Positions 10,601-19,302 are shown, counted from the first letter of the stretch. The stretch is 64,000 bases of DNA from Elusimicrobiota bacterium (GCA_043811535.1 JBDRNC010000018.1:64001-128000), one strand, 5' to 3'. A program made the numbers and translations. The notes: generated by a model from the letters alone, not told the origin.

Positions 10601-13600
10601 TGTTGCTCACTGTGGCATCCAGCGTTCCGGTAACAGTCAGGTCCCCTTCGACGGTAACTTCGGGCGAGGCCGCAAGAGTTATCTTTGCGCCGCCGTCGCT
10701 GCCTAATATAGTATTGCCCACAATAGTAAGGTCGCCGCCTAATCTGAGGTCGCCGGTCGCGTAAGTATAAGTGGAGCTGTTGACGTTGGCATTGTCCCAG
10801 CCGAATACGATGTCTCCGCTTTCTTTTATTCTCAGGCGGTTAACGTTGTTGGAAAACAGGTTGATACCGTGAAGGCCCGCCGTGTAGGAGTTGACGCCTA
10901 CGGTCACCCCGTCATTATAGTCGTGAAAACCAAAACCATAAGAATTCAAGTACCTTGTCGCTGTCGGATGAGGATAAGTAAAATACGAGATTCCCGAGCC
11001 GCCTTCGTTCAGCGCCAGACCAGCCTGAGAATCTATGGTAGTGACCCCTTGGCCTGTTCCCGCCTGGCCGATAAGGATGGCCGACGTTGTTGAGATCTTT
11101 ACAAGCAAGTTCCATGGGTCCGAAGCCCTTAATATCTCCAGCCCTTTTCCGTTTGCGCCGAAAGGAAGCAGAAGTTTTATTCTTCCCTCGTTATCGGCCG
11201 CGCTTCCGCTGTAAAGTTCTATGCTCGCGTCAATAGCGCCATTGGGACCACCCACAATCTTTAATACACTGCTTGTGGAATCTCTTTCAATCTGCGTGGC
11301 GTTTGTTCTGAATATGCCCACGCCGCTCCTCCAGAGTTTGGTGTCCATCACGTCCGAGCCGCCCGGGCCGAACGCTATTCCTGCCTTTTCCCCGCCGCCG
11401 GCATTCTTTTCAATGCTCCATCTTGGATTGGCTTCGGATTCGCTCCACCCCTGGACAGAGGTGCTTGAAATCACTATTGAATTATGGTTCGCTCTGTTAT
11501 CGCCTACCCTCAGGCCTTCCCTGCTAAGCACCGTGGCGGAACCCACCACTATCAACTGGTCGGTTATATATTCATTTCCCGTAATCTTTACGTTGGGGGT
11601 CGCCGCAGAGAAAGTTATCCTTGTAGTCGCGGCTGAATCCGCGATAAGATTTCCTCCTACTTTCAGGTTGCCCGCTAATGAAAGAGCGCCTGAATCGTCA
11701 AGTTCGGCAAGTAAACTTCCCCATGTTTTACCGGCATTATGGTACCATCTGAATCCTATATCATCGGTAAAAGCAAAATACCAGTTAGTATCACAGCCGA
11801 TCCATTTAGCCCATTCCGCGTCTATCGCTAAATCTATCATCGGACGGGAAATTCCGCTTTCTGTCATGGCTATGCTTGCAATTCCGCCAACGTATATACC
11901 GCTGGCCATCCTTATGCTGTAGTCGCCGTCTCCATTGAACCGGGCGACACCCCCGGCCGTTATACCGCTGCTCGTTATTATACTGGGATAGTTGCCAGTC
12001 GCGGTGAAAACAGCCGTCGAGGCTCTTACGCCGTAAGTAAACACGCCCGTCGCGGCATTGACACCGTAGGTGACGTCTATCGTGCCGTCGTCGCCGGTAT
12101 CGGTGATGAAGTTGGACGCCCCTAAATACGTGGCCCTTTCCACCGCATCGCCGCCGGTGGTGAGAGCCACGAAGCTGGCGCCGGTATAAAGTTTGAGTTG
12201 ATTGGTGCCGGTGTCGTAAAATATCTGCCCGAGCTGCTTTTTGACGATGTAGGCCTCATCCGCAATGTTCGCGACGCGTATCGGCGTTGAAATGTAGAGG
12301 TCGTGGTCGCCGGTATCAACGTTAAAATTGCCGTGGAACACAAGGCTGTCGCTCAGATCGGAAGTGATGAACTGCGTTCCGCCGCGCGGATATATCTGGC
12401 CGCCTTCGTTAACCTTGAATATGGAATTCCTGACGCTGTCCTTTATTTCAAACCAGCAGAAAGAATTATTGTTCGCGTCAAGATCTATTAAGAAGTTGTC
12501 GTTGGATATTATATGGGAATCGGTGCCGGTGTCACCCGCAAACACTACATTGCTCGAGAACGCTATGCCCTTAAGCGTGTCGTCTTTCCACATGGACTGT
12601 TTAGAGGTTGAATCGCCGAAATAGAAAACTCCCGAGGTGCTTATTGTTATGAGAGATGGCCAGGTCCACCCTCCGCCGCCGTCAGGAGTTACACCTACTA
12701 TATCAAAACCCTGAGACACCGAGCCCTGCGGGACAATCAACCTTAATTTGCTTTTTGCCCATGCAGCGTCCTCATTGGGCCCGTGCAATTCTATGCTGGG
12801 CGCGCTGGTGCTCGTAGTTCCGCCGATAAATCTTAGCGAGTCGTCCTCCACATTTCTGTCAAATATATAGGCGCTCGTCCGCATATGTTCGCCCGCCTCG
12901 CGCCAAATGGCCGTATCAAGCGCTGTTGCGCCGCCCTCGCCGAACCCGATACCGGCTTTCGTTGCGTCGCCACCGAAAGTGGGAGATATCTGCCATCTTG
13001 GGACGGTGTCGCCGCTCTGATACCCCGTAACGTCTCCTTTAATGTTGACGGCGCCGTTGCCTTTCACGGTGAAAGGATATGTCGTGTCGTCGCTGCCTGT
13101 TGAAACAAGTATCATATACTGGTCGTGCGCCGCGGTCGTTGAAGAAATGTGCAGCGCGCCCAGCGGCTCGCTTGCCATTATTCCAACCCTTCCGTCAGCT
13201 TTTACCACTAACAAATCCTGCCATCCCTGGCGGCGCCTGACCCTGAACTGCGGTATATCTGATTCGCCCGGAACAGTGCGACTGCTTATGACTATTTGGA
13301 CACTGCCGAAATTGACATCGGACGATTGCTTTATGTCCCCGCCAAGTTCTATGAAAGCCCCGTCATTCCAATTCTCACCGCCTGAAATGTTTATCTTATC
13401 GTAGTTGTGGGTGGTGTGCATATCCCCGCTGTATAATATCAGGTTGTCCGCGGCGGCATTCCCGTTAACGTCCAGCGTGTAACCCGGATAACGGCCGATA
13501 CCTATATACCCGCCGGCGCTTTCGACCATAACACTGCTGGTCAGCGATGACGCGGTATCCCATTTCGGTATCGTGCCAGGCGAGCCGGAGCCACTCAAAC

Positions 13601-15572
13601 CGCTTGCAATGCCGGTCGTGATGGCAACCCAGTAATTGACCCCGTTGCAGAGGTAGAGGCGGTTAGTATTGCTGTCATAGTATACTGTCCCCAATATCGA
13701 ATTGCTGGCGTCATCGGTGGGATTGATCGTGCCGAAGCGGACAGAGCCCTCCACGTACATGTTGGACCCGACGATCACGCTGTATTTCCCGGCGATACTG
13801 CCTATCCAAAGGTTCCTGGTAGCGTCGGAATGCGTGTAAAGCCTGCCGGTGCTGTAATTGTTGCCGACAGCGTCGCCCAAAACTATAGAAGCGCCGACAA
13901 CCTGCAGGGGATGCGAGTCGTTGCCGAAAACCTCTATGCCATAATCCTCTTTCAAATAAGAGATATTCTGTTCTTTCGAGTTAAATAACAAAATGCCGGC
14001 CTTATCGTAAATAGCCAATGAAGCGCCGACAATAGTATAGGCATCGTATCCCAGGTCGTAGTGTATGTACTGATCCGATGACCTCCCGCCTATACCGAGT
14101 GTCACTCCCCTGCCTGATACGGAGCTTATCACAACCGAATCAGTGTCAACGCCGGCATTCGCCCCGTTCGGCGTCAGATGCACCTCTTTCCCAGCGGCCG
14201 CAAGCAGGTACAGGTCGTGCGCGACATTATCGCCCGAAAATATACCGAGCTCACCATAGACCTCTCCTATCCTCAACCGCCCGTCAGCCACGTTGCTCAC
14301 GGAAACGTTAAGTCCGTATTGGTTTCCTTGTAGCAACTGGTAGTTGCCGCTCGCGGCATACTGGTCAGTTAACCTGAACGTGCCTGTGCTTATGTCAAGT
14401 TCCGCGTATGGTTCATGCGTCGCGATACCGACTTTTCCTGACGCCATCACTATCAGCGCCGGAGGATTTGTGAGATAGTTGCCGGCTTTTATCTTGAATT
14501 TTGAAGTAGTCGCAGGATCCGCGGTGGCTTGTGATAATATGAGCTGTGCGCCGCCGTAGGCGATATCAACAATCTCTGCAGTCTGGTCTAACCCGGATAA
14601 CTGCAGGTATGCGCCGCTTCCCGTGGCCGTACCGCCCATAAGCGTTAGCCACTTGTCTGTAGTAGTGCCTGCCCTCTTTATGTCCTCACCGTCCATAAGC
14701 AGTGAACCGGTGATTTTTACGCTTCCACCGACTTCCAATTTCTCGATAGGTGACCCGACGCTGATACCGACTGACCCGGTGGGAAACAGCACCTTGGTAA
14801 CCGTTTCCGCGCTGCGATAAATTTGTAACGCGGCGTTCCATCCGGTCCACGCGTCATTCGCGGTAACTATCTCAAACCTGTGGTCTGACCCGGATTTCTC
14901 GCCTTTTATCGCCCATATTCTGTTGTTAGCGTCCGCGCCCTGGACATGAAGTATTATGTGATCGGTATTGGTAGATATGTTCAGCGCGCCGTACGCAAAG
15001 CCCGTGCCGATGGCGACCGCGTAAACGCCCTGGTCGGAGATGGGCTGGCGAAGCACAGTTCTCCATCTGCCTCCCTCGGCAGTCGCTTGTTCCCATCCGC
15101 CCGCGTTCCCCGCGCTCATCGCGTAGGTCGCGCTGGCCGCTAACATCGCGTAGGGCACGGTATTCAACTGCTCGCGCGGCGACATTACGTTGCCGTCTAC
15201 GGTGACTTCAAGGTAAGGCGTTTCCCCTTTCCACTGCACGTTCTGCAGGTCCGGATACGCGCCCGCGCCGCCGGTCAACACATAATTAAAAAGACCGCTG
15301 GAAACGCTGACCGTCTGGTCGCCGGAATCCCAAATGGTGTTTCCGGCTTCGTCCCCGAGCGCGTCCCACAACTTGAACCGCATGGTCAGATCGCCGTTAA
15401 CGGGCAGGTTGTTTACTTTAAGTCGCCCCTGGTAATTGATGCGCGCGGGCACGTCGGCAAAAACTACAGAGAGTAAGCAAGTAAGCGAGAAAGCGAGTAC
15501 GAACAGGAAGGCCGAAAGTTGGAAAAACCATTTTAAGGCGAAAGACGGGGGTTTGAATTTCAATGGATTCAT
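7662..15572 (-). CDS. Giant secreted trimeric fibre/adhesin-like protein with C-terminal peptidase S74 intramolecular chaperone (2636 aa)
   Basis: Signal peptide, N-terminal INYQGRL...VPYAMLA domain, Gly/Thr-rich beta repeats (VGIxT motifs), C-terminal SSSKRFKENIKPL...GYIAEE...VKYDK and a coiled coil. GGAGAGG RBS. Confidence 0.85.
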   Translation of the reverse strand: MNPLKFKPPSFALKWFFQLSAFLFVLAFSLTCLLSVVFADVPARINYQGRLKVNNLPVNGDLTMRFKLWDALGDEAGNTIWDSGDQTVSVSSGLFNYVLTGGAGAYPDLQNVQWKGETPYLEVTVDGNVMSPREQLNTVPYAMLAASATYAMSAGNAGGWEQATAEGGRWRTVLRQPISDQGVYAVAIGTGFAYGALNISTNTDHIILHVQGADANNRIWAIKGEKSGSDHRFEIVTANDAWTGWNAALQIYRSAETVTKVLFPTGSVGISVGSPIEKLEVGGSVKITGSLLMDGEDIKRAGTTTDKWLTLMGGTATGSGAYLQLSGLDQTAEIVDIAYGGAQLILSQATADPATTSKFKIKAGNYLTNPPALIVMASGKVGIATHEPYAELDISTGTFRLTDQYAASGNYQLLQGNQYGLNVSVSNVADGRLRIGEVYGELGIFSGDNVAHDLYLLAAAGKEVHLTPNGANAGVDTDSVVISSVSGRGVTLGIGGRSSDQYIHYDLGYDAYTIVGASLAIYDKAGILLFNSKEQNISYLKEDYGIEVFGNDSHPLQVVGASIVLGDAVGNNYSTGRLYTHSDATRNLWIGSIAGKYSVIVGSNMYVEGSVRFGTINPTDDASNSILGTVYYDSNTNRLYLCNGVNYWVAITTGIASGLSGSGSPGTIPKWDTASSLTSSVMVESAGGYIGIGRYPGYTLDVNGNAAADNLILYSGDMHTTHNYDKINISGGENWNDGAFIELGGDIKQSSDVNFGSVQIVISSRTVPGESDIPQFRVRRRQGWQDLLVVKADGRVGIMASEPLGALHISSTTAAHDQYMILVSTGSDDTTYPFTVKGNGAVNIKGDVTGYQSGDTVPRWQISPTFGGDATKAGIGFGEGGATALDTAIWREAGEHMRTSAYIFDRNVEDDSLRFIGGTTSTSAPSIELHGPNEDAAWAKSKLRLIVPQGSVSQGFDIVGVTPDGGGGWTWPSLITISTSGVFYFGDSTSKQSMWKDDTLKGIAFSSNVVFAGDTGTDSHIISNDNFLIDLDANNNSFCWFEIKDSVRNSIFKVNEGGQIYPRGGTQFITSDLSDSLVFHGNFNVDTGDHDLYISTPIRVANIADEAYIVKKQLGQIFYDTGTNQLKLYTGASFVALTTGGDAVERATYLGASNFITDTGDDGTIDVTYGVNAATGVFTYGVRASTAVFTATGNYPSIITSSGITAGGVARFNGDGDYSIRMASGIYVGGIASIAMTESGISRPMIDLAIDAEWAKWIGCDTNWYFAFTDDIGFRWYHNAGKTWGSLLAELDDSGALSLAGNLKVGGNLIADSAATTRITFSAATPNVKITGNEYITDQLIVVGSATVLSREGLRVGDNRANHNSIVISSTSVQGWSESEANPRWSIEKNAGGGEKAGIAFGPGGSDVMDTKLWRSGVGIFRTNATQIERDSTSSVLKIVGGPNGAIDASIELYSGSAADNEGRIKLLLPFGANGKGLEILRASDPWNLLVKISTTSAILIGQAGTGQGVTTIDSQAGLALNEGGSGISYFTYPHPTATRYLNSYGFGFHDYNDGVTVGVNSYTAGLHGINLFSNNVNRLRIKESGDIVFGWDNANVNSSTYTYATGDLRLGGDLTIVGNTILGSDGGAKITLAASPEVTVEGDLTVTGTLDATVSNTTRATYLGATNEIRDTDDDGTLNITYGVAAATGVFTYGVNASTGVFTRVNGYSIVSASGIYIDSHALAIREQQLVPVIDLAVNAGKAKWFGFDTNWFQANTNDTGFRWYESSTKDWGTQTAQLTIVGFYPGNQTTRYIADNGTSITLNGGPVQFGSNELKGSDGTTRVTLDAGSPNVILSGDVSITGSLTATASRATYLGTSNFITDTGNDGTIDITYGVKAATGVFTYGVNAATGVFTNNLRSSELYTTYSVNASSVNLTYAVVAQTGTFTSWVHTPYVNRDADNSDMRLAGGTSQNTAASIELYGPTGGNGKMKFFVGKNTGGDEGIIFGRNGEWSTFLTITTTGSILMNEASNADNASPAITSTLNDDFSYGGKYINHYGFGFHAFNDGAYNGRNSYVAGYSGVNLFTGGANRLHVNQGGDIFFGFGNGTTVSTYTYATGDLLLARYLYLGNQNTRYLSDNGSAIVVNGDMTVTGALSATASNATRATYLGTSNFITDTGNDGTIDLTFGVRAATAVFTYGVKASTGVFTTFVQVGSTLSVMGGTILISQASADALAPTGITDATQRDQFAYSGRYINHYGFGTHEYSDGTYSGRNAYMASWPGVNIFAGGANRLRINQAGDIIFGWDDGLNSSTYTFTTGDLKLGGDLTLVGSDIKDAAGTTRITFSAAAPNVTITGNEYVSDQLITVGSMTVLGTGGLRVGNNNSATGTLTVDRNQIYGWWEAEANPRWGLDRDMGGGGIAGIGFGPGGPTAIDTKLYRNSAYELRSTANQLTRDVTNGYWKIIAGDNSAQDGTIEIYGRGNSGNEGRVRMLLGEGNSGKGMDIMAGGSWATLVTVSTTGQVAIPLMNTGTYNTVSMDTGSGRLYVASSSKRFKENIKPLKDNFGNILKIEPKTFNYISTKQKDIGYIAEEFDALGLKQLVIYDKDGKPNTVKYDKIPVYILEIVKQQQQALEVLQAQNKDLESRIKSLEKRIK

Positions 15573-15665
15573 TTTAGTTACCTCTCCGAATATTAACGGT
15601 TTAACCGTTTAACAGTTTAACCGTTTAACAGATTGAATTTTAGCAAGTTTAAGTTAATGAAAATT

Positions 15666-16046
15666 CTATTTCTTATATTTATGCCCCGGATATTTTGAAT
15701 CTTTCAAATACTTAATCAGGTTATTTACCATACAACTCAATTTTCTGCACGTATCGGAGATGCCCGTATAAATATCATTATCGATATATCTCTGATCGCT
15801 CGCAATCATTAGCTGCGCCCTTACTTCAGCGCAAGATCCTTTTGCTATGTACACATATTGAATGAATTCCGTGTTACTGCCTCTCTCAAAACCTTCCGCT
15901 ATATTCGATAAAACGGATACCGATGCCCGTCTAATTTGATCTTTTAGAGAAAAATCTTTTCTAAAAGCCTCGTTACCCGTTATTTGGCAGATATGGTTCA
16001 CCAGTTTTCTTGCCTCTTGAGAAACAATAAGTCCTTCGAAATCCAC
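15666..16046 (-). CDS. Four helix bundle protein (23S rRNA intervening-sequence protein family)
   Basis: LKDQIRRASVSVLSNIAEGFER and IAKGSCAEVRAQL motifs. Start uncertain (GTG; the frame is open upstream through an ATA codon). Confidence 0.9.
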   Translation of the reverse strand: MDFEGLIVSQEARKLVNHICQITGNEAFRKDFSLKDQIRRASVSVLSNIAEGFERGSNTEFIQYVYIAKGSCAEVRAQLMIASDQRYIDNDIYTGISDTCRKLSCMVNNLIKYLKDSKYPGHKYKK

Positions 16047-16084
16047 AACTCTTGGCCTGTTATCTTTTTGTATGCCCCCATCAA

Positions 16085-16747
16085 TTAAACTTTAAAAACG
16101 TTTAACCCTAAACCGCCTTCACCGACTTTTTCCTTCAGTTGAAGCAATGATATTATTTTTTCTTCGAGGATTTTTAAATCCATCGGCTTGGCGAGATAGT
16201 CGTCCGCGCCGCATGAAATAATCTTCTGTTTATTCTCGGCGGAATCATATCCCGTGACGGCAAGAATTTTTATGTTAGAGAAATATTTGCTGCTTCTTAT
16301 CTGTTTGCACACATCGAAACCGTTTATTCCGGGAAGCATGAGGTCAAGCACGATAAGGTCCGGCAGAAATTCGTTGAGTATCCGGCCGGCGGTAAAACCG
16401 TCGTAAACGATCTTGACTTCAAAATCCGGAAAATGCGTTTTTATCAGTTCCGAAACGAAATTGCCGACTTCAGGCTCGTCATCTATGACAAGTATCTTCT
16501 TTTTCCCTACGGTCGAATCCAGCTCTCTCTTGATATCTTCCATTGTCAGTCCCTGTTGGCTTAGAAACTGAATTTTGGATATCGCCTGCAGTGTGAAATC
16601 TCTTTCATAGAGACGGTGGCCGCCCGGGGTTTCTCCGGAAACGTTCAGAAGCCCCATATCCGTGTAATACCTTACTGTGGAAGGCAGAACCCCGGCTTCA
16701 CGGGCAATCTCAGAAATTTTTAAAAGATTTTTGTGTTTTCTTGCCAT
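16085..16747 (-). CDS. MerR-type HTH fused to a response-regulator receiver domain
   Basis: ISEIAREAGVLPSTVRYY...GGHRLY, then ILVIDDE...LIVLDLMLP...DYLAKP. Confidence 0.9.
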   Translation of the reverse strand: MARKHKNLLKISEIAREAGVLPSTVRYYTDMGLLNVSGETPGGHRLYERDFTLQAISKIQFLSQQGLTMEDIKRELDSTVGKKKILVIDDEPEVGNFVSELIKTHFPDFEVKIVYDGFTAGRILNEFLPDLIVLDLMLPGINGFDVCKQIRSSKYFSNIKILAVTGYDSAENKQKIISCGADDYLAKPMDLKILEEKIISLLQLKEKVGEGGLGLNVFKV

Positions 16748-17014
16748 TTTTCAGCTCCCAATTTGCTCTATTTTTGAATTGCACGAAATTACAAATGTGC
16801 TCAATTTTACAGACAAAAACAAAAAACCCACAAGAATTATGAATTGAACATCATACTTCCTGTTTATACTCAATTAATAGCATATAATTGCGGTATTGTC
16901 AATGATTATTTTGTTTTATTAGATTGTTGGAATAGGCGGGCAAAACAATGCAAAAGCCAACGAAATGCCATAGAACCAGAGAAAATAGTCCTAGAAAAGG
17001 AAAAATGGCAGGTT

Positions 17015-17397
17015 GAGCACCATAAGTGTTTCTATTAAACTGCCATTTGCGAAATCCCGAGTAGCGTAAGCGCATCGGGACTGAGCACCTTGAACTCCAA
17101 AAGCGTTGTCCTGAATTGCATTACGTGAAATCCCGCTTCAGCGGGATAAAGCGTTTCTACTGAATTGCCTTATGTGACGTCCCGAGTAGTCCGCCACGGC
17201 GGACGAATCGGGAGGCGAGATATATACAATGAGCAGTTAACAGTTACCATTTAGCATTAAACAATCAAAATCATTGATAACTGATAATTGTTCATTGGTA
17301 AATGAAAAATGGCAGGGGCGAGATTTGCGGAACACAATGAGTGTTTCTACTCAATTGCCCCTTGCGACGTCCACCGAAGCCATGGCGTAGGTGGAGA
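17015..17397. repeat. Cluster of four dif-like 11-6-11 sites, each followed by a GC hairpin, interleaved with tRNA-Met 3'-end duplications
   Basis: Cores at 17028, 17104, 17153 and 17343 (e.g. GTTTCTATTAA-ACTGCC-ATTTGCGAAAT). Dif-like function is inferred. Confidence 0.7.
17305..17327 (-). repeat. Duplicated 3' end of tRNA-Met (att-like remnant)
   Basis: AAAAATGGCAGGGGCGAGATTTG is identical to 17450-17472. Confidence 0.85.
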
Positions 17398-17454
17398 CAA
17401 GCCAAAAACAGTAATTTCAACAAACCAGGGAAATTTCTCCGAGAAAAGAAAAAA

Positions 17455-17528
17455 TGGCAGGGGCGAGATTTGAACTCGCGACCAACGGCTTATGAGTCCG
17501 CTGCTCTACCGAACTGAGCTACCCTGCC
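17455..17528 (-). tRNA. tRNA-Met (CAT), elongator type; CCA not encoded
   Basis: GGCAGGGTAGCTCAG...CTCATAA...GTTCAAATC...CCCTGCCA cloverleaf. An Ile2 assignment is not strictly excluded. Confidence 0.92.
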
Positions 17529-17604
17529 ATTTACCAGTCACCAATTATCATTTATCAATTATCGTATTTTTCATTGCTAATTGTTAACTGATCACTGGCA
17601 ACTG

Positions 17605-17985
17605 TTAAATTGCATCTTTAAGAACTGTCCTTAATATGCTGCGCCTGCTTATTATACCGACTAATTTTCCGTTCTCGATTATCGGAACGCGCCGGATCAG
17701 TTTTTCCCCCATCACAAGGCTGATCTTGTCAATATCCGCGTCGGGCGGAAAACTCGTTATCTTCGTGCTCATAGCTTCCCGCACTTTAGTTGTTTTCACA
17801 TTCCCGCTGAAAATGAAAGTCAAAATGTCTTTTTCGGAAATAATGCCGACAACCCTGCGTTCCTTGTCGCATACCGGCATGCCGCTAATCTTATTCGTAA
17901 GCAGGATCTGTATCGCTTCTTCAAGGTAAGAATCGGGGTCGATCGTTATTATCTGCGTCGTCATGATATCTCTGGCTTTTAGCAT
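17605..17985 (-). CDS. CBS-domain pair protein
   Basis: ARDIMT...ISGMPV...VVGIISEKDIL...IRRVPII...LVGIISRRSIL. Confidence 0.9.
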   Translation of the reverse strand: MLKARDIMTTQIITIDPDSYLEEAIQILLTNKISGMPVCDKERRVVGIISEKDILTFIFSGNVKTTKVREAMSTKITSFPPDADIDKISLVMGEKLIRRVPIIENGKLVGIISRRSILRTVLKDAI

Positions 17986-18081
17986 AATGTTACCTCTCCT
18001 TTACTTCATGCTCCAGGTTTCAAGTTTCTTGTTTCACGATCCAAACAACCTGAAACAAGGAACCTGAAACTTAAAACTTTT

Positions 18082-18573
18082 TTATATACGCAATTCAATT
18101 AATTCAAACTTTTTTGACGGTAATTCAAGCAAGCCGACCGTACTTTTCCCTGAAACCCAACCTCCGCACTCGCCGGGATTGATTATAGCGGTCTTTCCTA
18201 TATGCATGACCGCGGGCTTGTGCGTGTGGCCGTGTATAATTATATCAAATTTTTGGCTTTCCGCAAGCGCGTCTATCTGCCATGGCTCGTGCATCATAAG
18301 CACCGCCAGTTCTTCCATGCGAGCTTCATAAAATACTTCATGCACCTCGCCGATCTCTTTGACGATGCTTCTCCACATATATTTTTCGCCGTCATTGTTC
18401 CCAAACACGAAAACCACGCGCGCTTTAAGTTTTTTGTATTCCTGCAGGTTAAAAGGCGAGATTATATCCCCGGCGTGGAAGACAAGGTCCACATTCGCGC
18501 CGTTGAAGTATTCCACGGCTTTCCTGACCTGGGGAAGATTGTCGTGAGTATCGGAAATAAGGCCTATTAGCAT
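18082..18573 (-). CDS. Metallophosphoesterase (YfcE/MJ0936 family)
   Basis: ISDTHDN, HAGDI, GNND, HGHTH, NPG motifs. Confidence 0.92.
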   Translation of the reverse strand: MLIGLISDTHDNLPQVRKAVEYFNGANVDLVFHAGDIISPFNLQEYKKLKARVVFVFGNNDGEKYMWRSIVKEIGEVHEVFYEARMEELAVLMMHEPWQIDALAESQKFDIIIHGHTHKPAVMHIGKTAIINPGECGGWVSGKSTVGLLELPSKKFELIELRI

Positions 18574-18658
18574 AATTAATCATATGGCTAAACGGCTAAA
18601 TTGCTAAATGGTTTAAAGTCGTTAGCCATGTAACCGTTCGACCATTTACCATTTGCTT

Positions 18659-18883
18659 TTATACAGCCACTACGTCTTTTATCTCCGGTATCTCTTTTTT
18701 CAGCACGCGGGCAACGCCCTGCTGGAGCGTCATCGTGGCCATAGGGCAGCATCCGCACGCGCCCTGCAGTTTTACTTTCACAATTCCGTCAGAGGTGACG
18801 TCCACCAATTGAATGTCTCCGCCGTCCGCCTGCAGGTTCGGCCTGATCTTTTCCAGCACTTTTTCCACTTGCGCTTTGTCCAT
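18659..18883 (-). CDS. NifU C-terminal/NfuA-type Fe-S carrier
   Basis: IRPNLQADGGDIQLV...LQGACGCCP. Start at MDKAQV is likely. Confidence 0.9.
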   Translation of the reverse strand: MDKAQVEKVLEKIRPNLQADGGDIQLVDVTSDGIVKVKLQGACGCCPMATMTLQQGVARVLKKEIPEIKDVVAV

Positions 18884-18936
18884 AATTTTCCCCTGAACAA
18901 TTCCTTCTGCCATCTTCGGTCTTCCGTCTGTTTTTA

Positions 18937-19302
18937 CTATTCCCCTAAGATTTCCCTTACTTTATCGAGCAGTTTGTCGGAATCAAAAGGCTTGTCAAAA
19001 AATACTTTCACCTGCTGGAACTTTTCAAACAGCGAGCGCGTGGCAGGCAGAGCCGAAGCCACGATGACCGGTATGTTTTTCGTATCGTTCTGCTGGGCAA
19101 GGTATAGCATCAGGGAGTATCCGTCGAGTCCGGGCATCAGCACGTCGAGTATGAGCAGGTCCGGTTTTTCTTTCTTGACCGCTGCCGGCACCTGTCCGCC
19201 ATGCTGCACGCTTATGACATTGTACCCGCCCATATCGAGAGTAACATTCAGAAAATCGATTATCTCCTGGTCGTCGTCAGCGATAAGTATTTTTTTAGCC
19301 AT
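18937..19302 (-). CDS. Single-domain response regulator
   Basis: ILIADDD, LILDVLMP, DKPF. Confidence 0.9.
   Translation of the reverse strand: MAKKILIADDDQEIIDFLNVTLDMGGYNVISVQHGGQVPAAVKKEKPDLLILDVLMPGLDGYSLMLYLAQQNDTKNIPVIVASALPATRSLFEKFQQVKVFFDKPFDSDKLLDKVREILGE

Noticed and set aside
7662..15572. Prophage tail locus
   Set aside because: Signal peptide present; no capsid, terminase, integrase or other phage genes.
7662..16046. Diversity-generating retroelement (fibre plus Avd-like protein)
   Set aside because: No reverse transcriptase and no non-coding template repeat. The near-identical segments are both coding and differ at only two synonymous positions, in opposite directions.
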